Numbered from the stretch's first letter, positions 18,247-25,738 are shown. The stretch: 25,839 nucleotides of DNA from Candidatus Methylomirabilota bacterium (GCA_046726415.1 JBKPAK010000175.1:1-25839), one strand, 5' to 3'. Made by a program: numbers and translations. The notes: a model not told the origin generated them from the sequence alone.

Positions 18247-18542
18247 TTTTGCGGCTCTCGCCACGCTTGGGGCCTGCCGGGACCACCCGGGGGTGGGATC
18301 GGCCGCGTGGCGTGAGCCGTGACGCCGCGTCTCGGACCCTGCCGGCACCAGGTTGAGATTGCTCCGAAGCGAGGGTGAGGTGCGACAGCGCGTCTCGCAC
18401 CCCATCTCAGCCCCCGCCGAGCGCGGTCGGTGTGGGACGACACCCGCCATAAACTGGGACCCCGAAGCCCTGCTGCAGATAATCACGCACACCGTGCCGA
18501 CACGATGGGGTTCGCGCTTGTGTCGAACGTGTTTTCGAAGCG

Positions 18543-18590
18543 CGCCGAGAAAGTTAGCACGCCGTCCTCACTATGCCGGAAGCTTCAGCA
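18543..18590. promoter_or_regulatory. Tandem NtrC-type enhancer sites (CGC-N11-GCA at 18543-18559; TGC-N11-GCA at 18574-18590)
   Basis: Same order and nearly the same spacing (31 bp) as the pair upstream of glnK. Confidence 0.6.
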
Positions 18591-18608
18591 GAGCTCTCAT
18601 CAGATTTC

Positions 18609-18625
18609 GCACAACTATTTAATTT
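18609..18625. promoter_or_regulatory. Candidate IHF site (CAACTATTTAATTT)
   Basis: CAA-N4-TTA core in an AT-rich patch between the enhancer sites and the sigma54 promoter. Confidence 0.55.
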
Positions 18626-18641
18626 GCAAGACGAGTTCGAG

Positions 18642-18656
18642 TGGCATCATCCTTGC
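18642..18656 (+). promoter_or_regulatory. sigma54 -24/-12 promoter of the ANTAR gene (TGGCATCATCCTTGC)
   Basis: TGGCA-N6-TTGC with exact GG-N10-GC spacing. Confidence 0.8.
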
Positions 18657-18668
18657 CCCAATGCGAGT

Positions 18669-19268
18669 ATGGCTACGTTACGTTCGACCAAACTTCCTCG
18701 GTGGCGTGTAGTAATCGTCGATGATCACGAGCGTTCGAGGGCAGCGGCGCGGGCTGCCGTGTGGGCGGCGGGCGGCGAGGTAGCGGGCGAGGCCACGCGT
18801 GCCGCCGATGCCCTCGAACTGGTCAGGGAGACAGGCCCGGACGCCGCGATCTTTGCAGCCGGCCTCTCCGATGGCGATGGGGTGGAGGCGGCCCGCGAGG
18901 TCACGGCGACCGTCGGCTGTCCGGTGGTGCTCTGCACCAGTCGGACAGCCGAGGATCTGGTCGACCGAGCCCGGACGGCGGGCGTGATGGCCTTCCTGCT
19001 CAAGCCGCTGCGGCCGGCCGAACTGGCGCCCGCCCTCGATCTGGCCATCGCCCGACATGGCGAGGCGCGGGCGCTGCGCCAATCGCTGGAGGATCGCAAG
19101 ATCATCGAGAAGGCCAAAGGCGCGCTCATGGCTCGCTTCGGTCTCACCGAGGACGTTGCGTTCCGGCGGCTGCGCAAGGCGGCCATGGACAGCCGCAAAT
19201 CCATGGTCGACATCGCGCGGGCTCTGCTCATGTCGGAAGCGGTGACCAGAGAATCGCCGGTTTCGTAG
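18669..19268 (+). CDS. ANTAR-domain RNA-binding regulator with an atypical receiver domain (NasT/AmiR/GnfR-like)
   Basis: RVVIVDD...FLLKP receiver fold; ANTAR signature LEDRKIIEKAKGALM...LTEDVAFRRLRKAAMD..KSMVDIA; start ATG 18669. Confidence 0.92.
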   Translation: MATLRSTKLPRWRVVIVDDHERSRAAARAAVWAAGGEVAGEATRAADALELVRETGPDAAIFAAGLSDGDGVEAAREVTATVGCPVVLCTSRTAEDLVDRARTAGVMAFLLKPLRPAELAPALDLAIARHGEARALRQSLEDRKIIEKAKGALMARFGLTEDVAFRRLRKAAMDSRKSMVDIARALLMSEAVTRESPVS

Positions 19269-19276
19269 GTTCGCGA

Positions 19277-19340
19277 CGCCGCACGATCCCGGCGAAGAGG
19301 CCGGAGGGATCAATGACAATCGAGCGCGATCAGTGCGGCG
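19277..19340 (+). ncRNA. Candidate ANTAR-target twin-hairpin RNA
   Basis: CCGGC-GAAGAG-GCCGG and GATC-AATGAC-AATC hexaloop hairpins (G at loop position 4 in both), enclosed by CGCCGCAC/GTGCGGCG. Confidence 0.5.
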
Positions 19341-19378
19341 GCGGCTTCGGGCGAAGTACCCTCTCTGGGTGACTCGGG

Positions 19379-19447
19379 TCGAGGAGCGCTGCGGTTTCGC
19401 CGCGGCGCGACGCGCGCGAGGTCTTGGGGGGCCTGTTCGGGCCCCCC
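19379..19447 (-). repeat. ~68-bp palindromic repeat element, copy B (inverted relative to copy A)
   Basis: Minus strand reads GGGGGGCC-CGAACA-GGCCCCCC ... CCGCAGCGCTCCTCGA. Confidence 0.75.
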
Positions 19448-19484
19448 AATCTCACCAGCTGTTCGGGCCCCCCAATCTCACCAG
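19433..19484 (+). repeat. Perfect 26-bp tandem duplication (CTGTTCGGGCCCCCCAATCTCACCAG x2)
   Basis: 19433-19458 is identical to 19459-19484. Confidence 0.9.
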
Positions 19485-19626
19485 AACGTTGAACGGGCTT
19501 TCATGGCGCCCCGCGGCGCTTTCCGCTACACTCTCGTCGGCCGGCATGGTCACGCTGAGTCCACGGGGAGAGCAAGCCCTCCGAAGTGCCCGTCGCTTCC
19601 GCCTGCGGTAAGACTCGGGCCTGGCC

Positions 19627-20322
19627 ATGCCCTTGGCGTCCGAGGTGCTGGTGGTCGAGGATGAGCCCGACATCCGAAATCTCATCGTGCTCCATCTTAT
19701 GCGAGACGGCTTCCGATGTCGGAGCGCCGGGACGGGTGTGGAGGCGTTGGCGGCCGTCAAGGCGAGCCCCCCAGATCTGGTGATCTTGGACCTCATGCTG
19801 CCGGAGATGGACGGCCTCGAGGTCTGTCGCCGGCTGCGCCAGGAGCCGCGCACCGCCTCGATCCCCATCATCATGCTGACGGCCAAGACGGACGAGGTCG
19901 ACCGCGTGCTCGGGCTTGAGTTGGGGGCCGATGATTACGTGGCCAAACCATTTTCGCCCAAGGAGTTGGTGGCCCGCGTCCGGGCCGTGCTTCGCCGCAC
20001 CCGCCCCACCGACGCCGTCCGACCGCTGACCTCGGGCACCCTCACGGTGGATCCTTCGCGCCACGTGGCGACCCTCGAGGGCCGCTCCCTCGCCTTGACG
20101 CCAAAGGAGTTCGATCTCCTCCAGGCGCTGCTCGAGTCGTCAGGGCGTGTCCTCTCGCGCGAACATTTGCTCAACCGCGTGTGGGGGTACGCCCGCGCCG
20201 ACGAGATCGAATCGCGCACCGTGGATGTGCATGTGCGTCGATTGCGGGCGAAGCTCGGCGAGGCAGGCCGTCGGATCACCACCGTCAAGAGCATCGGATA
20301 CCGCCTGGAGGATCCAGCCTGA
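19627..20322 (+). CDS. phoB: OmpR/PhoB-family response regulator, probably PhoB
   Basis: LVVEDE, LDLMLPEMDG, IIMLTAK.DEVDRVLGLELGADDY..KPFSPKEL and SRTVDVHVRRLR motifs; adjacent to a PhoR-like kinase; start could be TTG 19633. Confidence 0.8.
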   Translation: MPLASEVLVVEDEPDIRNLIVLHLMRDGFRCRSAGTGVEALAAVKASPPDLVILDLMLPEMDGLEVCRRLRQEPRTASIPIIMLTAKTDEVDRVLGLELGADDYVAKPFSPKELVARVRAVLRRTRPTDAVRPLTSGTLTVDPSRHVATLEGRSLALTPKEFDLLQALLESSGRVLSREHLLNRVWGYARADEIESRTVDVHVRRLRAKLGEAGRRITTVKSIGYRLEDPA

Positions 20323-22112
20323 CCCCCGCTCCGCTCCGCCTCGTCCGCGGGCGGATCGCCATCAAGCTGACCCTGACCCTCGTGGGTTTCGTGGCCCTCA
20401 CCATGCTCGTGGTCGGGGTGGCTCTCAATCGCGCGCTGGAGTCCTTCGCTGAGGAATCGCTGGAGGCGCGACTGCTCACCGCGGGTCAGCTCATGCTCGA
20501 CGACGCCCGCGAGCTGATCGTCCGCGGGGCCCCGCGGGAAGAGGTTCGCGAGTTCGCCCGGCGCCTGGCGCGGTCCACCGATACGCAGATCAGCATCATG
20601 GCCCCCGATGGCCAGGTGTTGGCGGAATCCGACGACCTCGGGGGTGGGGAGCGCCAAGCAGCGCGGCCGGAGGTAGCGGCGGCATTGAGCGGACGAATCG
20701 GCCGTGGGCTTCGCCCGTCGCCCACCGCGGGGGGATCCCTCATCTACGTCGCCCTCCCCGTCCGCGACGGCTCTCAACTCGTCGCCGTCCTGCGCCTTGG
20801 TATCCCGGTGGCCGCGGCCAGCTCGCTGTCTGCGGCCATGCGACGAGTGATGGTGGTCAGCGGCCTGGCGGCGATGGCCGTCGCCTTCGGTATCGGGCTG
20901 TTCGTGGCACGGCGGGTCACGCGTCCGGTCGTCGAGATGCAAACCATCGCTCGGCGCATGAGCGAGGGTGACTTCGCCGTGCACGCTCCCGTGCGGTCGC
21001 CCGACGAGATTGGTTCGCTGGGGCGCGCCCTCAATGTCATGGCGGACCGACTTCGCGACAAGATCCGTGATCTCGAGCAGGAGCAAGCCAAGGCCACGGC
21101 CATCCTCGACGGGATGGTCGAGGGAGTCATCGCCGTCGATGGGCATAACGCGATCGTGCTGATGAACGAGCGGGCGCGCGCGATGTTTGCCCTGGGTCCA
21201 CGGGCCGTCGCGGGACGACCATTCCTGGAGGTCATCCGGAACGTCGATCTCCACGAGGTGTTGCGCCAGAGCCGGATCGGCGACGCTGTCACCCGGCGCG
21301 AGCTACGCTTGTCGACGCCCGTCGAGCGACGACTTCAAGTCAATGCCGTGCGCCTGGCGCTCGGCGGTGACGAAGTGGGTGTGGTGATGGTCATCCACGA
21401 TGTCACCGAGCTGCGGAGGCTCGAGCAGGTGCGGACGGAATTCATCGCCAACGTCTCCCACGAACTGCGGACGCCGCTCACGGCCATCCAGGGGTATCTC
21501 GAGACCCTCCTGGCGGGCGCGCTGGAGGAGCCGGAGCACGCGCGGAAATTTCTGGAGATCGTCTTTCGCCACACCGAGCGGCTCGGTCGGCTCCTCAACG
21601 ACCTCACCGATCTCTCCGACATCGAGCTGGGCAAAGTGTCACTGCGCCTGCAACCGACATCGCTGCCCGACACCGTCGAATCGGTTCTGACCATCATCGA
21701 GCCGAAGGCGGAGACGGGCGAGGTGACCTTGACCAGCGCGGTCCCGCGCGATCTGCCCCTCGTGCGAGCCGACCACGATCGGCTCGCTCAGATCCTCATC
21801 AACCTCGTTGACAACGCGGTGAAATACACGCCGCCCGGCGGACGGGTCACCGTGCGGGCCCAACCTCGGGGGCCGGCGATGGTGGCGGTGACCGTGGCCG
21901 ACACGGGAGTGGGCATTCCCCGAGTGGACTTGCCGCGGGTCACGGAGCGCTTCTATCGCGTCGACAAGGCGCGGTCGCGAGAGCTCGGCGGAACCGGTCT
22001 CGGGCTCGCCATCGTCAAGCACCTCGTCCTGGCCCACGGCGGAGAGCTGGCGATCGAGAGTGAGTTCGGTCAGGGCACCGAAGTGTCGTTCACGCTTCCC
22101 GAAGCCGGATAG
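20319..22112 (+). CDS. phoR: PhoR-like sensor histidine kinase (TM, extracytoplasmic domain, TM, HAMP, PAS, HisKA, HATPase); probable CTG start
   Basis: FIANVSHELRTPLTAIQGYLETL, NLVDNAVKY and ERFYRVDKARSRELGGTGLGLAIVKH motifs; PAS begins ILDGMVEGVIAVD. Confidence 0.85.
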   Translation: MTPAPLRLVRGRIAIKLTLTLVGFVALTMLVVGVALNRALESFAEESLEARLLTAGQLMLDDARELIVRGAPREEVREFARRLARSTDTQISIMAPDGQVLAESDDLGGGERQAARPEVAAALSGRIGRGLRPSPTAGGSLIYVALPVRDGSQLVAVLRLGIPVAAASSLSAAMRRVMVVSGLAAMAVAFGIGLFVARRVTRPVVEMQTIARRMSEGDFAVHAPVRSPDEIGSLGRALNVMADRLRDKIRDLEQEQAKATAILDGMVEGVIAVDGHNAIVLMNERARAMFALGPRAVAGRPFLEVIRNVDLHEVLRQSRIGDAVTRRELRLSTPVERRLQVNAVRLALGGDEVGVVMVIHDVTELRRLEQVRTEFIANVSHELRTPLTAIQGYLETLLAGALEEPEHARKFLEIVFRHTERLGRLLNDLTDLSDIELGKVSLRLQPTSLPDTVESVLTIIEPKAETGEVTLTSAVPRDLPLVRADHDRLAQILINLVDNAVKYTPPGGRVTVRAQPRGPAMVAVTVADTGVGIPRVDLPRVTERFYRVDKARSRELGGTGLGLAIVKHLVLAHGGELAIESEFGQGTEVSFTLPEAG

Positions 22113-22390
22113 CGTCGCGCCCCGGCCTGCGACTTGCTGGGAGCGGGGAGCTCGGCCTCGCCCTCTGACTCAATGGCGCAGGTGAGGCGTCTGCACTGGG
22201 TCATCGGGGGTTGGCTCACGGGGCTGACGATCCTCGTGATCGACCGAGCGCCGTCAACCCGGGTGTAGTGACCGACGATGGGGAAGGCCACGCGCGCGAC
22301 GAGCCGCCAAAAACACCGCGCCGCCGCTGCTCGGCGTCCGACTGCCGAAATCCGGCGGCGTCTCGGTTGCCTCCGGACTCACGCTGACCG

Positions 22391-22756
22391 TCACGGGAGC
22401 TTCTGGATCGCGGTCACGAACAGATTCGGTACTGTTCCTCTCAGCACGAAGCGGACGGAGTCGCCGGCGTGGACGCCATTCAGGAGTTGAGGAGACGCCA
22501 CCCGGAAACCCATCGTCATCGGCGGCATGTAGCCTGGGATGTCGTTGTGAGTCACGACCACAAGGTTCAGCTCCGGCAGGACGGCTCGTATCACCCCTTG
22601 TCCCTGGAACTCGCGCTCGACGCCGGCGAGGCTCGCCGCCCGGGCCGAGGCCAATTCCTGGCGTAGCCGCTCGGTCTGACGCCCCCACCACACGTAACCG
22701 CACAACACTCCGAGGCCCAGGGCCAGATTCACGAGCAGGACTGTCCAGATAATCAC
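22391..22756 (-). CDS. Membrane-anchored CusF-like copper-binding OB-fold protein
   Basis: N-terminal TM (WTVLLVNLALGLGVLCGYVWW), then GQGVIRAV...VVTHNDIPGYMPPMTMGFRV...GDSVRF; start GTG 22756 inferred. Confidence 0.8.
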   Translation of the reverse strand: MIIWTVLLVNLALGLGVLCGYVWWGRQTERLRQELASARAASLAGVEREFQGQGVIRAVLPELNLVVVTHNDIPGYMPPMTMGFRVASPQLLNGVHAGDSVRFVLRGTVPNLFVTAIQKLP

Positions 22757-22860
22757 GGCCAAGATGGCCCGAGAAGCCGTTGACGATTTCTGAGAACCTG
22801 CAGGACCTGGGCCCGATGTAGAGGTGGCGCTCCCCGAAGTTGGCGAGAAGCGAGCGTTGA

Positions 22861-22945
22861 GGCGGGGCGGGAGCGCACGCTCCGCCCGCCGTGGCCCAAA
22901 TGGCGATGGGGGGTGTCGGGGGGAGCGGCGCTCGCTCCCCCCGAC
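22861..22945. repeat. Two GC hairpins (REP-like) between the copD fusion and the cusF-like gene
   Basis: GTCGGGGGGAGCG-GCGCT-CGCTCCCCCCGAC is a 13-bp perfect stem (22915-22945); an imperfect hairpin lies at 22861-22890. Confidence 0.7.
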
Positions 22946-22961
22946 GTAAGATGGCGGCCTT

Positions 22962-24935
22962 TCAATGCACGTGCTCGCTGGGTTCGGAGGCGCGCGAGCG
23001 CTCTTCGTTGAGCTGGCGCGCAGCGGCGAGCAGAGTCTCGTGGGCGCGCCAAGCGCGGTCGCCCGACGAAATGGCGCGCAGGTACCCCTGGCGGTCGATG
23101 AGGAACTCCGCGTGGGGCTCTTGGGAGAAGAGGCTGTAAGTCGTCGCGATGTCGGCGGCACCCTCGGTCACCACGGGAAACCAGATGGGCGGCTGGTCTC
23201 CGAGACGTCGAATCGCTTCGGGGTCGGCGTCGCGTGGCACCGCCACGACCTCGACGCCGAGCACCACGAGCTGCGGGTACAGCTCAGCGAGCTCAGCCAG
23301 GCGCGCCCGCGAGGCCGGCAGCGTGTAGAGCACGAGCAGCACCAACTTCCGCCCGCGGTACTCGCGCAACGAGCGCACTGGCGTTGGACCGACGGCGAAC
23401 GTGGCATCCGGCGCCACGATGCGTGGCGGTTCACGCTCGACCTGAGGTCCGAGGCGGCGCGCGTCGCGAGCGGCGGCCAGCGCGCGCACGAAATTCACGA
23501 GGTCCCAGCGCTCGTCCTCCGTCAAGCGGTCGGCGAAGCCCGGCATGCCGCCAGCGGGAATGCCGTCGGCGATCCACCAGTACAGATCGCCCGCGGTGTG
23601 GTGCCGGGTGTGGGGCGCGCGAAGGTCGGCAGGAGGCCGCGGCAGTCGGAAGCCGGCGAGGCCGTCGCCGGCACCCAGGGGGCCGTGGCAGGCCGCGCAA
23701 TTCTGAGCGTAGAGAACGGAGCCGGTCGCTATCGAGCTGGCCGTGTACGGAACGGCGGGGCGCCGATAGGTGATTGGATACGCGTCGATTGCCAGGGGAG
23801 GCAGCGCGAGACCGAGACCGAAGGTGATGAGGCCAAGCGCCGCCGCGGCCAGCGGCGCTCGACGGCGCCGCCAGGCCAGTGAACAGAGCGCAGCCACCGC
23901 GCCGAGCACGGCGATCTGGCTCCCCACGAGTACCCGGGCGTGCAGCGCCAGCGCATCGGCCAGAACCGCAGTGGAGAGCCGGAAGGTCAAGGGCCAGGTG
24001 GGACTGGCGTGGCGGGCGGGAGGCGTGCCGATCATGGCCGCCACGACGACGAGCATCGCGAAGGCGAGGGCGCCTTCCAGGGTCACGAAGCGCGCGAGGC
24101 GCCGCATGGCCGGGCGGCCAACGCGCTCGGCCTCTCCGGCCAGTGCCGGCAGTGTTCGCCGATTCAGTCCAGCGACGACGAGAATGGGGACGAGCATCCC
24201 TAGCTTTGTGAGGAGGAGGTGTCCGTACGACGTCCCGAGCAGGCCGGCGACATCGCCCACGTAGAAGTACGCGTTCGCGAGACCGGTGCCGGCGAGTACG
24301 ACCGTTGCCCCGAGGGCCCAGGAAGAGAAGCGTCGCGCGGCGAGGACGGCATAGGGTCGCGCATCGGCGCCCTCGATGGCACTGGCTCGCCTGAGCAGGA
24401 GTGCCAGCGGCCAGAGTCCGCCCACCCAGATTCCCGCCGCGAGGATGTGGACGGCGTCATTGACGACGGCGCGCGCGGTGTCCGGCTCCACCGCCGCCGC
24501 GTGGCCGACGAGCCCGAGCAAGGCCGCAGCAAGCGCCGCGAGCAGCGCCGCCTCCCCGCGCGCGGCCGTCCAGTCGGCGCGTGAGCGGAGCTCGGGGCGC
24601 AGCCATAGAAACGCGAACAGCAGCACGAGAAGTCCTTGCCGCACCACCGTGACGCGGCCCCCCTGCGTGTCGAGGGCAACCCGGCGCACCGCATCGACGT
24701 CGAGGGCGGCCGCGGCACGTCCTTCCAGGAGGGCTGTTTGCCACCCCAGCGCGGCGAGTCCCGAGAGAATGGCGAGGAGCGCGAACGCCCGCGACCAGCC
24801 GAGGATGCGGGCCTGCCAGGCGTGGACCGTGGGGCGATCCGAGCGGCCCGCGAGCAGGAGGATCGCAGCACCCCCGACCAGGGCCAGGCAGGACGCCAGG
24901 TGTACCCAGCGCGCGGTGAGTCCGAGCGCCGTCAT
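22962..24935 (-). CDS. CopD-family membrane protein fused to a cytochrome c and a degenerate thioredoxin/peroxiredoxin-like domain
   Basis: CopD motifs (RWVHL, LVGHAAA, DAVHILAAGIWVGGL, RRFS, SYG.LLLTKL, N); heme site CAACHG with GDLYWWI..G...MPGF; C-terminal SLREYRGRKLVLLV...FLIDRQGYLR. Confidence 0.85.
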   Translation of the reverse strand: MTALGLTARWVHLASCLALVGGAAILLLAGRSDRPTVHAWQARILGWSRAFALLAILSGLAALGWQTALLEGRAAAALDVDAVRRVALDTQGGRVTVVRQGLLVLLFAFLWLRPELRSRADWTAARGEAALLAALAAALLGLVGHAAAVEPDTARAVVNDAVHILAAGIWVGGLWPLALLLRRASAIEGADARPYAVLAARRFSSWALGATVVLAGTGLANAYFYVGDVAGLLGTSYGHLLLTKLGMLVPILVVAGLNRRTLPALAGEAERVGRPAMRRLARFVTLEGALAFAMLVVVAAMIGTPPARHASPTWPLTFRLSTAVLADALALHARVLVGSQIAVLGAVAALCSLAWRRRRAPLAAAALGLITFGLGLALPPLAIDAYPITYRRPAVPYTASSIATGSVLYAQNCAACHGPLGAGDGLAGFRLPRPPADLRAPHTRHHTAGDLYWWIADGIPAGGMPGFADRLTEDERWDLVNFVRALAAARDARRLGPQVEREPPRIVAPDATFAVGPTPVRSLREYRGRKLVLLVLYTLPASRARLAELAELYPQLVVLGVEVVAVPRDADPEAIRRLGDQPPIWFPVVTEGAADIATTYSLFSQEPHAEFLIDRQGYLRAISSGDRAWRAHETLLAAARQLNEERSRASEPSEHVH

Positions 24936-24979
24936 CGTCGAAGCATGATACTCGACGGGTGGGGCGGTATCCTCGTCGG

Positions 24980-25738
24980 GTGGCTGACTCTCGCGAGCGA
25001 CGACTCCGCGCCATCTTCTTCGACGCCGGCAACACTCTCGTACGCATGAACTACGCCGCCATCGCCGCCAAGCTCGCTGCTCTCGGCCATACGGTGACGC
25101 CGGAGACCGTACAGCAAGCCGAGTGGCGCGCCCGCGTGCGAGTCGACGACGACATCTTCGCCCGCCCCGGCACGTCGACGGAAAGCGCCGCCGCGCGCGC
25201 CTCCTACCTCGAGCTGCTGCTGGAGGAGCTGGGCCTGGCTGATGACGCCACCGTCGGAGCGGTCACCGCGTGGCGCCGGCACTACAACGCGCCGGTCGGG
25301 ATTTTCGATGTGGTCGATCCCGAGGGGGAGGGAGCCGTCACCCTGGCGCGGGCGGGGGGCCTGCAGGTGGGCGTCATCTCGAACTCGAATGGGACCGTCC
25401 GCGCTCTGCTCGGCTCGCTCGGCCTCGGGCGCCACCTCGACTTCGTCATCGACTCGTTCGAGGTGGGGGTGGAGAAGCCAGATCCTCTCATCTTCGCGTT
25501 GGCCCTCGAGAGAGCCGGGATCGAGCCGGGAGAGGCCCTCTACATCGGTGATCTCTATTCGGTTGATGTCTGCGGGGCTCGCGGCGCCGGAATAGACGGT
25601 ATCCTCCTCGATCCCGGAGGGCACTGGGGCCGACGCGATTGCCGGCTCGCTCCGGGACCGCTGGCCGCTGTGCGGCTGGCCCTGGCGGCGTTGGACGCCC
25701 CGCCTACTTCGGAAGAACGACTGTTGGAAAACGGCTGA
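24980..25738 (+). CDS. HAD-superfamily hydrolase (subfamily IA, REG-2-like)
   Basis: IFFDAGNTL (motif I variant), VISN, EVGVEKPDP.IF and YIGDLYSVDV.GA..AG motifs; start GTG 24980 inferred. Confidence 0.9.
   Translation: MADSRERRLRAIFFDAGNTLVRMNYAAIAAKLAALGHTVTPETVQQAEWRARVRVDDDIFARPGTSTESAAARASYLELLLEELGLADDATVGAVTAWRRHYNAPVGIFDVVDPEGEGAVTLARAGGLQVGVISNSNGTVRALLGSLGLGRHLDFVIDSFEVGVEKPDPLIFALALERAGIEPGEALYIGDLYSVDVCGARGAGIDGILLDPGGHWGRRDCRLAPGPLAAVRLALAALDAPPTSEERLLENG

Noticed and set aside
16551-18443. 630-aa antisense ORF over glnA, and similar long shadow ORFs (404-1942, 3977-5281, 8403-9593, 12159-13229, 19935-21254)
   Set aside because: They lie opposite well-supported genes, have no recognisable motifs, and are expected from stop-codon scarcity at high GC.
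19345-19372. GGGCGAAGTA resembling the glutamine (glnA) riboswitch E-loop
   Set aside because: The flanking P1 strands and three-way junction of that motif are not present.
22070-22490. Small ORFs between phoR and the cusF-like gene (22070-22291 minus, 22278-22490 plus, and a 31-aa hydrophobic MAQVRRLHW... on plus)
   Set aside because: None has an SD or a recognisable family, and the two longer ones overlap real genes; a small protein cannot be excluded.
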